Source: a virus. Taken from it: a DNA stretch of 64,000 bases. Shown here in pieces: positions 18,634 through 27,886 of this stretch. Position 1 is the first letter of the stretch. Each line of letters opens with the position of its first letter. Both the position numbers and the translations under genes were made by a program. The stretch is from positions 1-64,000 of IMG/VR virus record IMGVR_UViG_3300043399_000524; one strand, written 5' to 3'. Under the pieces are notes generated by a model that was not told the DNA's origin, did not search any database, and saw only the letters and a program-made list of their open reading frames with translations.

Positions 18634-21600
18634 GTGATACAGGAAAACAAAGTCCATTAGGCGTTAATGTCTTGAACGCTCTTTTAACCACACAAGGGTT
18701 GCAAATCAACTCAAAAATGGTGTCTTGGGTTGGTACCTCACATAATTTTACAGATTATATATTTGGTAAAGTATGCCAAGATACTGTGCTTCGCTTATGC
18801 ACATGGTCAATACATATAGCATATTTACGCAAAGAAGCAGGACAAATAAGTTCCGTCACCTATAACAATATAATATCAATCGGCGCCGGATCAACAAATA
18901 TTCCAATTACATCGATTGTATCAGGACAAGATACTTCAACCGGTCAATATTATATTGAAGTTAGTTATAATATTAACCAGGCAGTAACCGTTGGTCAGTT
19001 TATACGTATAAATGAGGCATCACCCATTGCATTCAATGGAAATTGGTTAATTTCAGAAATAGTTGACACCAATACATTTAGAATATACACTACTGTAGGT
19101 TATGGTGTTGCAACATCAAATGGATACTTTATTGTTGATTCACAGGTTCCTGCTTTAGGAAATTCAAAACCATTCTCATATGTATGGGAAGAACCTAATG
19201 CACCATATGGTACTGGTACATTTAATTTAATTGGGGACATTGGCTGGGGAGGAAGTACTTATAAGAGTAACAATCCTGTAACTCAATGGGGCTACATTAG
19301 ATTGTTGGCACTGCAGGCCTGGATGGAATTTAATTACAATAGTACATTAGAGCAAGGTAGTACATATAATCCTCGAGGATATCGTGATTTTTTACAATCA
19401 TTTCAAAATGCATATAGCTTTATAAGTTATAGCAATAATGCAATATTATCAGTAGACAATAGTATAGATTTCTTGGATGGTACATTCAGTAATATGAATG
19501 ACCTTATTACAGCGGATGTTACTAATGTTAATTTAGCATTAAAAAGTTGGGGACAAGACTTAATTTTATTAGGTAAAGCATTAGATTTATCAAACATAGA
19601 TATTTTTGGATTACCCTCAGTACTACTAAAAACTTTAGCGAAATACAGTGCAATAACTAAAAATCTAAGCCTTGCTATAATTGCTGCTGGAATTCCAGTA
19701 GACGAACTTGGAAGTATTTTAGGAAATATAACACAGCCTACGATAATACAAGAAAGAAAATTGTATGCATCGTTTGTATTGACTGTGGGAGATGCATTAC
19801 AAGAAATATTAATTTCGTTAAACTGCAAAACTGAGGGATTAGAATCATTAGCAGATTTATTAGATCCTAAAAAACTTTTTCCTAATAGCTACGCATCTTT
19901 GACAGTTCCTATATACACTGACAATAATACCACACCAACACAAACTACTACAGTAGCAGATAACGGAACAACAGTTGTCAGTAATCTTAGTAATAGTAAA
20001 ATTTCATATTTAATATATACCAATAATGGAGTCAATCCACAATTAACAAGCCCGGAAATATTAAACAAAATAGGAGTGCAAGTAATACCTGGCTCACCTT
20101 TAATTAGTGAAGATAATAACACAGATGCTACTATTGTAATACAAGAGCCAGTAAGAGGATTTGGGTCATATCTATCAACTATTGTTCCACCAGCAATAGC
20201 TACGACTGCAGGTGCATTTTCTGCATCAATGCAGCAAATTAAGAATATTAAAGAAATACCTATAGAAAAGTTTGGACAAGTTGTAATTAATTTAGAAACA
20301 ATGGCAATTGCAACCGTTAACGGAACTCCTGTATCTTTGAATACGAATCAAGGTACGCAAAATAACGTACCTACTAATTTAAGTTTAAGATCGGCTGCTT
20401 TACCATTGATAGCATTGGGCAGCGGACCTCAAGGATCATATACTGCCAGCGACTTTTTTGGTTGCATGAGTGGACTTCCATATAACGGAAGTTCAGAATA
20501 TCCTTCTAGAAATACGCCTGAGTGGGGTCTAGAAGGAATTTTTAATAAATTAAAACAAGTAGCAACACGAAAATTATATAATATATATCATGAATTATAT
20601 CTCGCGGTAACATGGTCAAAAGCAACAACCTATATAACTCAAAATATATATAATGTCAATGTGCAGTCTTACATTGCCCCAAATCCAAGTGCTATTCCTC
20701 CCATTGCGGGACAGCCTAGAATAGATGATTGGTATTACACAGTAGAGTTTGGTATTGATGACAACGGCGGTGGGTATGGTAGAGGAAGTGCCCCCGCACC
20801 TACGGTTCAATTAACTCCTAACAATTGTGGCGGTAGTCTAACAATTAAAATTGGAACTGACGATAATGAGGTTCCTGGAAATTTCGGAAAAGTTTTAGAA
20901 AATACAAAAAATTACGGTACTGCATATAAATACGCAACTACATCAGTCATGCAAAGTGCTGCACCATCAGCGCCACTAGCGCCAGAAGAATTCTTATATA
21001 TTCAAGCTCCACCGATTCAACCTTTCCCTGTACAGGATGACGGAAGTTTTTATCCCACTGGGTATAATCATGATCCTGGATATAAAGCAGGTTCTCAAGG
21101 TGGAACTGTTGCAGGATATAATGGATGGCCTTATATGGAATCTGTTGTACAAGGATATATAAACCAAGCTAATTTAGAAATTACTTATATAAGTAAAAGC
21201 CAACCTGATGCATGTAGAAAATTGAATTCCTATTGGAATAGTACAGGTAATCAATTAACAATAGAACAGCGTGCTAGAATGACTGGATACAAACCACCAT
21301 TGTCAGATCCAAGAGAAGATTATCTGTCATTGTGGCCAACAACAATCTACACATTTACTGATTCGATGCCCACATATGGAAAAAACACGGATTCACAAAT
21401 GTATGCACAAACATTAGAAAATATTTCTGATTGGAACAATGTAGGTGGACAAAGTATTGTAGCAATGATGCGTCAGGATCGGAATCAAGATCGTCTGTCA
21501 TTGATAGGTATTGATTTGGATAATAATATTAATGACCAAATAGCAAGACCAACTTCACAATTGTCATCTCTAGGAAGTGAATTGTCATCTCCTGCTATTA

Positions 21601-21821
21601 ATTACAATAATAATTCAATTACACCAGAACCTTTGGGATCATATGATTCAGGAACCGCTATAGTTCCGGGAACTTTCGGTGAAAACCCATATCAAAATAT
21701 TATACCGCCTACCCTTAATGCATGGACTTCGTCTTCATCATTAATACCTAGTACTTATACCGTTAATTCAGCAATTGAAGAAGTTATTCGTTGTAACTGT
21801 GATTGCTGGAATTTGGCATAA
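18630..21821 (+). CDS. Large putative virion (baseplate-associated) protein
   Basis: 1063 aa, N/T/S/G-rich, ATGA-coupled to PAAR; function inferred from context only. Confidence 0.5.
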   Translation: MSDTGKQSPLGVNVLNALLTTQGLQINSKMVSWVGTSHNFTDYIFGKVCQDTVLRLCTWSIHIAYLRKEAGQISSVTYNNIISIGAGSTNIPITSIVSGQDTSTGQYYIEVSYNINQAVTVGQFIRINEASPIAFNGNWLISEIVDTNTFRIYTTVGYGVATSNGYFIVDSQVPALGNSKPFSYVWEEPNAPYGTGTFNLIGDIGWGGSTYKSNNPVTQWGYIRLLALQAWMEFNYNSTLEQGSTYNPRGYRDFLQSFQNAYSFISYSNNAILSVDNSIDFLDGTFSNMNDLITADVTNVNLALKSWGQDLILLGKALDLSNIDIFGLPSVLLKTLAKYSAITKNLSLAIIAAGIPVDELGSILGNITQPTIIQERKLYASFVLTVGDALQEILISLNCKTEGLESLADLLDPKKLFPNSYASLTVPIYTDNNTTPTQTTTVADNGTTVVSNLSNSKISYLIYTNNGVNPQLTSPEILNKIGVQVIPGSPLISEDNNTDATIVIQEPVRGFGSYLSTIVPPAIATTAGAFSASMQQIKNIKEIPIEKFGQVVINLETMAIATVNGTPVSLNTNQGTQNNVPTNLSLRSAALPLIALGSGPQGSYTASDFFGCMSGLPYNGSSEYPSRNTPEWGLEGIFNKLKQVATRKLYNIYHELYLAVTWSKATTYITQNIYNVNVQSYIAPNPSAIPPIAGQPRIDDWYYTVEFGIDDNGGGYGRGSAPAPTVQLTPNNCGGSLTIKIGTDDNEVPGNFGKVLENTKNYGTAYKYATTSVMQSAAPSAPLAPEEFLYIQAPPIQPFPVQDDGSFYPTGYNHDPGYKAGSQGGTVAGYNGWPYMESVVQGYINQANLEITYISKSQPDACRKLNSYWNSTGNQLTIEQRARMTGYKPPLSDPREDYLSLWPTTIYTFTDSMPTYGKNTDSQMYAQTLENISDWNNVGGQSIVAMMRQDRNQDRLSLIGIDLDNNINDQIARPTSQLSSLGSELSSPAINYNNNSITPEPLGSYDSGTAIVPGTFGENPYQNIIPPTLNAWTSSSSLIPSTYTVNSAIEEVIRCNCDCWNLA

Positions 21822-21831
21822 GGAGAATAAA

Positions 21832-22437
21832 ATGAAAATGCATATAAAATATTTATTAGTAGCTACCATTATCTTGGTACTAATGTTTGGATTCACTGCA
21901 TTAAATGTTAACAATACCAATCTTCTAATTGAGAAAGCAGCAGAACCTGTTGCTGAGGTAGCTAAGGTAGCAAAAATTGTAGATCCTAAACAGCTAGCTT
22001 GCATGGCTAAAAACATCTTTTATGAAGCTAACGGAGAACCTATTCAAGGTCAAGCTGCCGTAGCTAGAGTTGTTATGAATAGAATTCAACATGGTTTTGG
22101 AAGTAATCCATGTAATGTAATATATCAGGCAACATATGTTGAAAAACTAAATGAAGAGGGTGATATTTACAAAGAAAAAAGGTGTCAGTTTAGCTGGGTA
22201 TGTGAGGGTAAAGACGAACCAAATAAAAATAATCCAGGATATATAAAGGCTAAAGAAATAGCATACGATGTACTAGCATATGATGCCTATGACGATGTAA
22301 TACCAAAATCTACTCTATTCTTTCACAATCTAACAGTGAAACCAAACTGGCCATATCAACACGCTAAACAAATAGGTAATCACATTTTTTATTCTAAAAG
22401 TAAAAAGAAGAAACAAAATAAATTAGCAACCCAGTAA
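21832..22437 (+). CDS. SleB-like cell wall hydrolase with N-terminal membrane anchor
   Basis: CMAKNIFYEANGE, AVARVVMNR, CQFSW, IGNHIFY; SD aggag at 21821 places the start at 21832. Confidence 0.85.
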   Translation: MKMHIKYLLVATIILVLMFGFTALNVNNTNLLIEKAAEPVAEVAKVAKIVDPKQLACMAKNIFYEANGEPIQGQAAVARVVMNRIQHGFGSNPCNVIYQATYVEKLNEEGDIYKEKRCQFSWVCEGKDEPNKNNPGYIKAKEIAYDVLAYDAYDDVIPKSTLFFHNLTVKPNWPYQHAKQIGNHIFYSKSKKKKQNKLATQ

Positions 22438-22455
22438 CTACAGATAAATCATACT

Positions 22456-23556
22456 ATGAGTTATCTATTTACAAGTGAATCCGTGTCCGAAGGACACCCT
22501 GATAAAGTAGCTGATGCAATCAGCGATGCAGTTTTAGATTTGGTAATGGCAAAAGAAGATAGTTCACTGCGCTGTGCATGTGAAACTCTTGTTACTACTA
22601 ACCGTGTTGTGTTGGCAGGAGAATACAAAGGTATTCTACACGACGAAGAAGTTGAAAGTGCTGTACGCAAAGTTATCAAAAATATCGGTTACGAACAACA
22701 AGGTTTCAATTGGCAAACAGTTGAAATCACGAACTTACTACACGGACAAAGTGCAGATATTGCACTAGGAACAGACAGTTTCGGTGCAGGAGACCAAGGC
22801 TTAATGTTTGGTTATGCATGTGATGAAAATGACAATCAAATGCCCAGTGCAATTTATTGGTCTCACCGTATCGTTGAAGCACTTTCTCACGCTAGAAAAA
22901 ATGGCGTATTGACTTGGTTAGGTCCCGATGCCAAAAGTCAAGTTACATTTGAATACGACGAATTGAATCGTCCTATACGTATTGCTAAAGTAGTATGTTC
23001 TACACAACATTCCGAAACAGTTGACATTGAAACAGTTAGGCGTACAATAGAGTCAGTAATTCGTAATATACTACCTGGCAAATATGTTGATAACAATACT
23101 GAATTTTATATTAATCCTACTGGCCGCTTTGTTATCGGCGGCCCTGATGGGGATACTGGGCTTACTGGTCGCAAAATCATTGTAGACACTTATGGAGGGT
23201 ATAGTCCTCATGGTGGAGGGGCATTCTCGGGTAAAGACCCTACTAAGGTTGATCGTAGTGCCGCCTACATGATGCGCTATATTGCTAAGAACATTGTAGC
23301 GTCAGGACAAGCACCATGGGCTACGTGTCAAGTTAGCTATGCAATTGGGTTGAAAGATCCGATGAGTTTTTATGTCGAAACGCAGGATACTAAACTTAGT
23401 CGTTATTTAACAGACTGGATTAAGAATAACGTAGACTTGACACCAAAAGGAATTATTGATAAATTTAAACTATTCAGACCTTTGTATACAAAAACCACAA
23501 ACTATGGACATTTTGGTAAATCATATTTACCTTGGGAACAAGTTGATTTGTTTTAA
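22456..23556 (+). CDS. metK: S-adenosylmethionine synthetase
   Basis: FTSESVSEGHPDK, GAGDQG, GGPDGDTGLTGRK, GGGAFSGKD, YGHFG. Confidence 0.97.
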   Translation: MSYLFTSESVSEGHPDKVADAISDAVLDLVMAKEDSSLRCACETLVTTNRVVLAGEYKGILHDEEVESAVRKVIKNIGYEQQGFNWQTVEITNLLHGQSADIALGTDSFGAGDQGLMFGYACDENDNQMPSAIYWSHRIVEALSHARKNGVLTWLGPDAKSQVTFEYDELNRPIRIAKVVCSTQHSETVDIETVRRTIESVIRNILPGKYVDNNTEFYINPTGRFVIGGPDGDTGLTGRKIIVDTYGGYSPHGGGAFSGKDPTKVDRSAAYMMRYIAKNIVASGQAPWATCQVSYAIGLKDPMSFYVETQDTKLSRYLTDWIKNNVDLTPKGIIDKFKLFRPLYTKTTNYGHFGKSYLPWEQVDLF

Positions 23557-24029
23557 TGGAAGAAAAGCCAAATTCAGCTAAAGGCAGAGAGAGTTATGAC
23601 AGTGAAGCTGGTAACTCTCTTATCCATTTCTTTAATAGAAATGTAACCCCTTACGCCACTGAATCTGGCGGTCCAAAGTTTGACCTTATTCCTATCGAAA
23701 AACAAAAAGACATTATGGTCAATGTAGCAAGACTACATGCCCAACAAGAATATGATAGGATAATGGAACTAGTTGCAGTATTACAAAAACAAGCAGCAGA
23801 TATTAAACGAAGGCTTGACATAACCGACATGGTTCATCAAGCTAAATACGATTTTCAGATATATCATGGACAATGTTATTGGTTGTTATATGACCGTAGA
23901 AAAGATTGTACACGATTAACATTACATGGTCCAAATGAATGGTTTACGGGAAAACCTGAAGAATATGAATATATCTGTAAAGTTAAATGGTTAGGTGACT
24001 ATACTTGGTTAGAGGTAAATGATGAATAG
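23556..24029 (+). CDS. Hypothetical protein (DUF2452-like); ends in TAG
   Basis: Coupled to metK; stop gaa-TAG at 24027-24029 overlaps next gene start; family call from memory only. Confidence 0.55.
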   Translation: MEEKPNSAKGRESYDSEAGNSLIHFFNRNVTPYATESGGPKFDLIPIEKQKDIMVNVARLHAQQEYDRIMELVAVLQKQAADIKRRLDITDMVHQAKYDFQIYHGQCYWLLYDRRKDCTRLTLHGPNEWFTGKPEEYEYICKVKWLGDYTWLEVNDE

Positions 24030-24585
24030 AAGTCCAGAAAGAGGGTCATTTCATATTGAGTGCGAACTTAAACGGGTAGAATCCGGTGAAAAAACCTTAG
24101 AAGATGCCCAGCCCATGATTGATTTTTATAAATCATGGGAACAGCAACGACAAGAAATGGAAGCCACCGACGAGTGGAAGAAGGATAATATGGAATATGA
24201 CCTTCGTTCTACTAAATGGATCTGTGATAAAGCCAAAGCTAGTGCAGGGTATGCACAGAACATCTATGCTGCAATTTGTAACAATGAATTTGTAAAAAAT
24301 GATGTATGGCCTATACTAACCGATAAACGATGGGGCGCTAGTTGGCGTAGTGCGGGCGGTATTGTTGCTAATATGATAGAAGAAGGTGACTATATTGATT
24401 GGTATTGCTCTGGTATTCGGGGGGAGGTAGATGATGAAGAATATCACAGTATGTCAAAAGAACAACAAGAATATTATGTTTATACTAAAACTCACTTTGT
24501 GGGTGAAGGTATAGTTACTGATGAAATACGTGAGGATTTGTTAAAGTTGGGTTGGATTGTAGTACCTAACGAAAATGAAGAATAA
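24019..24585 (+). CDS. Hypothetical protein
   Basis: Long ORF (SWRSAGG..YIDWYCSG), overlapping start. Confidence 0.6.
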   Translation: MMNRSPERGSFHIECELKRVESGEKTLEDAQPMIDFYKSWEQQRQEMEATDEWKKDNMEYDLRSTKWICDKAKASAGYAQNIYAAICNNEFVKNDVWPILTDKRWGASWRSAGGIVANMIEEGDYIDWYCSGIRGEVDDEEYHSMSKEQQEYYVYTKTHFVGEGIVTDEIREDLLKLGWIVVPNENEE

Positions 24586-24630
24586 GTACTGTTAAACATC
24601 ACAAACGGGCGCACCGAGATAAATAACTAT

Positions 24631-25248
24631 ATGAAAAGTAAATATGGTCTACCAGTCGTTTGTTCTCATTGCGGGGAAATGTTTTTAACTAAACCTAGAT
24701 TTTTAGAATATTGCTCTACACCATGTAAAAATCCAATAAACCGAAAAGGAAATATTCCTTGGAATAAGGGTAGAGAGATGACTGCGGAACAAAAAGCTAA
24801 ATTAAACATAGAAGGTTTGAAAAAAGGTCGTGGTTGGAACAAAGGACTACCTAATGAAAAACAACGAGAAAAATGGACTGGATCAAATAACCCCAACTGG
24901 GAAGGTAAACTCAATAATCTTAGACCAAAAAAGATAGTAAATGACGAATTTGTTAAATACAAAAGAGAATGCAAAAAACAGACACACAGAACAAGATATG
25001 CTATGAAAAGGGAGGGTCTAATTCCCGATAATATCGGTAAAAGGAAAGATCAATATCAATTAGATCACATCATTCCTTTTAAACAAGGATACGAATTAGG
25101 AATAGATCCAAAAATCATTGGAGGTAAAAGTAATCTCCAATGGATTCTGGGGGAAGAAAACAGGACGAAATGGGATCGCTTCCAACCAGAAGAAATTATT
25201 AACAAAGTATTAGGAGAATACAATGGCTTACAGCGACCGCGTAATTGA
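24631..25248 (+). CDS. Putative HNH-type homing endonuclease with Zn finger and PWNKG repeats
   Basis: CSHC..CSTPC, PWNKG/GWNKG, YQLDHIIP...NLQW...N; overlaps iscU start by 26 nt. Confidence 0.7.
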   Translation: MKSKYGLPVVCSHCGEMFLTKPRFLEYCSTPCKNPINRKGNIPWNKGREMTAEQKAKLNIEGLKKGRGWNKGLPNEKQREKWTGSNNPNWEGKLNNLRPKKIVNDEFVKYKRECKKQTHRTRYAMKREGLIPDNIGKRKDQYQLDHIIPFKQGYELGIDPKIIGGKSNLQWILGEENRTKWDRFQPEEIINKVLGEYNGLQRPRN

Positions 25249-25612
25249 CCATTATGAAAATCCAAGAAATGTAGGATCGTTCGCCAAGGATGAAGCGCAT
25301 GTCGGCACCGGGATGGTTGGTGCTCCGGCATGCGGTTAGCTGGGCGATGTTATGAAACTACAAATCAAAGTAAATCCAAAAACAGGAATTATCGAAGATG
25401 CCAAATTTAAAACATATGGGTGCGGGTCGGCTATTGCTAGCTCAAGTCTTGTCACTGAATGGGTCAAAGGGAAAACACTTAACGAAGCTGCCGGACTCAA
25501 AAACTCTCAAATCGCAGAAGAACTTGCACTCCCCCCAGTCAAAATCCATTGCTCAATCCTCGCGGAAGACGCCATCAAAGCCGCAGTAGAAGATTACAAA
25601 AAAAAGCATTAA
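25223..25612 (+). CDS. iscU: Fe-S scaffold IscU with in-frame TAG at codon 39 within a 9-nt insertion (recoded gene or pseudogene)
   Basis: MAYSDRVIDHYENPRNVG...APACG*LGDVMKLQI...GCGSAIAS...PVKIHC; both halves in one frame; SD taggag at 25211-25216. Confidence 0.85.
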
Positions 25613-25692
25613 CCGATTTGCGATAGATACAGTGCCGGCATTTTCCCAAAAAACGATAAAGAATAGCACCTTTTGTATATAATTATATTCAT

Positions 25693-25765
25693 GCGCTGTT
25701 CTCAATGGTTGAGTAGGAGCCTCTAAAACTCTGAATCCCGGGTTCGATTCCCGTACAGCGCACCA
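25693..25765 (+). tRNA. tRNA with CUA anticodon (amber suppressor), 73 nt including encoded CCA
   Basis: Acceptor GCGCTGT/ACAGCGC + A73 + CCA; D arm CTCA/TGAG; anticodon arm GGAGC-CT[CTA]AA-ACTCT (CTA 25723-25725); T loop TTCGATT. Confidence 0.8.
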
Positions 25766-25780
25766 AATATAAATAACATA

Positions 25781-25930
25781 ATGAAACTACCTTTTATTGG
25801 ATTAATGGGAGTAGGAAGCGACAACATGCTTTATACTCCTAGCGGAGAAGCTCTATTCAGAGCGCCCGAATGGGCTGCGTGGCGCATCCAGCGCATTCAA
25901 CATTGGATTGCACAAAAAACTTGGAGTTAA
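25781..25930 (+). CDS. 49-aa hypothetical protein, apparently leaderless from a late box
   Basis: TAAATA 25770-25775 + 5 nt + ATG; MKLPFIGLMG...QKTWS*. Confidence 0.5.
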   Translation: MKLPFIGLMGVGSDNMLYTPSGEALFRAPEWAAWRIQRIQHWIAQKTWS

Positions 25931-25935
25931 TTAAA

Positions 25936-26535
25936 ATGGCATAGATTGAATTTGATTGTAAGGATATAGTGTTTCACTTCAACAAGAAACATTTAGAAGA
26001 TCAGACTATTCCCATGTGGGTCTTAAAATTTCATGGCGAAACGTACTATGTGAATCATGTGGAATGCAATGTTCCCTGGTCTACTAAAGAGACAATTGAT
26101 AATCCACATACTAAAGGTTCTATCAAAGTCAAAGACTGTTTATTGCAGATTGACGAGAACAACGAAGCCAAAATCTCACCTATCACAATAACAGACAAAG
26201 CACGAATCCGTAATGCCAAGAAAGGTATCACCCGTGTAGTAGTCAGTGAAAAAAATTGGGGAGGAACTAAGTTTAGAAATCTTCTCAAAGAAAAGAGTAT
26301 CAAACATGGTCCTATCAAAAGTATAGGTGGCGCATGTACAACTACATTCTATGTCACTGACATTTACAACGAACAGGATGTAACTTACCTTGCTCTAATG
26401 TTAACTGATACAGACTTTAGAAAACTCATGCCCAACGAAGGATATTACAGGATGTATGATGACCCAAAGTATCAAGGGACCAGCGATATCGATTTGGATG
26501 CAATTGACTGGTCCGACGATGACGAGGATGACTAA
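25936..26535 (+). CDS. Hypothetical protein with in-frame TAG at codon 3 (MA*IEFDCKDIVFHFNKK...)
   Basis: SD ggag 25923-25926, ATG 25936, TAG 25942-25944, in frame with the GTG-started ORF at 25969. Confidence 0.65.
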
Positions 26536-26542
26536 ATACTAG

Positions 26543-26914
26543 ATGCGTATCAATGAAATACTAACTGAAAGTTCGGATGTAGTTACTCTATATCACGGAA
26601 CATGCCCTGAATCTGCTAAAATACTGTTAGCAAATGGTTGGCAACCTAGGTCAGCAAGCCCAGGAGCGAACATGGGACAATCACAATACCTGTATCTAAC
26701 AACAGAACCAGAAGATGCGTTATGGTTTGCACAAGAAAAGGGTTGTGATACCGTATTGAAAGTTAGTAATGTTCCAATGTCTATACTCAAAGTAGACCCG
26801 GAAGATGGAATCGGTGATACTGTTTATGATGAACTACATTCAAGTAGCGGTGCACCTGGCAAAGTAGTTGCCATCAGACCATTGGGTAAAGAACATTTTT
26901 CAATTGTCCGATAA
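26543..26914 (+). CDS. ADP-ribosyltransferase-fold-like protein with capsid-targeting-like N-terminus
   Basis: MRINEILTE start; LYHGT...G..P...YLYLT...A..FA pattern. Confidence 0.5.
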   Translation: MRINEILTESSDVVTLYHGTCPESAKILLANGWQPRSASPGANMGQSQYLYLTTEPEDALWFAQEKGCDTVLKVSNVPMSILKVDPEDGIGDTVYDELHSSSGAPGKVVAIRPLGKEHFSIVR

Positions 26915-26928
26915 TCTTTATTTCATAT

Positions 26929-27007
26929 AAGCCCTATGCTAAACTAAATACTGTTGAAGCATGGGGCTTCACACCGACACTCTTAAAACATTATGCTCTT
27001 AGAGTGT
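26929..27007 (+). promoter_or_regulatory. Two-hairpin leader with a TAAATA box in the first loop
   Basis: aagccctatgct (26929-40) / agcatggggctt (26958-69); acactct (26977-83) / agagtgt (27001-07). Confidence 0.45.
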
Positions 27008-27023
27008 GAGCAGAAAGGAAAAT

Positions 27024-27851
27024 ATGGTTATGTACCAAAACAAACTCGTGGCGAGTCTAAAAGCCAATGGAAAAATCCTTCGTGAATTCAAGGATACCGT
27101 CTATATCCCGTTCGGGTGCGAATATTCAATCTTACTCAAGAACCTCAACACAGTCCGAGCACTCGTCAATGTATACATTGACGGCGAAGACATGGCTCCT
27201 GGTGGCATCGTTCTAAACGCACATCAAGAAATTGACTTAGAGCGTAGCATCAAGAATGGCAATTTGTCAGAAGGTAATCGCTTCAAGTTCATTGAGCGTA
27301 CAGGTGCTGTAGAACAGCATCGTGGTATCAAGTTAGAAGATGGCATTGTTCGCATTGAGTATCAGTTTGAAATCCCCCGTCCAATATTGAACATTGATTG
27401 GAACTCAACACCTATCAGTGGCAATCAATATCCAAAGACACCTACATACAATGTCAATGGTATGTTGCGTAGTGTAGACTATAGTGCAGGCGAAAACATG
27501 AAAGCTATGGCAAGTACTGCAATTAATTCTACATTGCAAAGCATGAACATCAGTGCAACATCAGCACACGACGGTATGGCTACAATGGATTGGATGCCTG
27601 CAAACGACACCGGTATCACAGTTCCTGGCTCTAAGAGTGAACAGAAGTTTCAAACAACTTACATGGGTGCATTAGATCCGCAGAAATATTCAATCGTATT
27701 GAAGATTCTAGGCGAGACTCCCGATAACGAACCTGTTCGCAAGCCTATCACTACCAAGCATAAACCTAAGTGTGTCACATGCGGTAAGCAGAACAAAGCT
27801 ACAGCTAAATTCTGTACCGAATGTGGAACAGCATTAGAAATTTTCGCTTGA
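27024..27851 (+). CDS. Hypothetical protein with C-terminal double zinc ribbon
   Basis: CVTCG...FCTECG; SD aagga at 27015. Confidence 0.65.
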   Translation: MVMYQNKLVASLKANGKILREFKDTVYIPFGCEYSILLKNLNTVRALVNVYIDGEDMAPGGIVLNAHQEIDLERSIKNGNLSEGNRFKFIERTGAVEQHRGIKLEDGIVRIEYQFEIPRPILNIDWNSTPISGNQYPKTPTYNVNGMLRSVDYSAGENMKAMASTAINSTLQSMNISATSAHDGMATMDWMPANDTGITVPGSKSEQKFQTTYMGALDPQKYSIVLKILGETPDNEPVRKPITTKHKPKCVTCGKQNKATAKFCTECGTALEIFA

Positions 27852-27886
27852 TAATAAATACCCGAGTATGTTATAATCTCGGGTAT
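27848..27886 (+). promoter_or_regulatory. sigma70-like promoter whose -10 lies in the loop of an inverted repeat overlapping the ATG
   Basis: TTGATA-18-TATAAT; atacccgag...ctcgggtat. Confidence 0.55.

Noticed and set aside
25334-25345. Self-splicing mini-intron in iscU
   Set aside because: Nine nt cannot form a ribozyme and no register gives both a U-ending exon and a G-ending intron
25693-25765. Reading the tRNA as Arg(UCU) or as a true pyrrolysine tRNA
   Set aside because: Centring on TCT gives C33 and a mismatched stem; canonical T and D loops and no pyl genes in the window argue against Pyl
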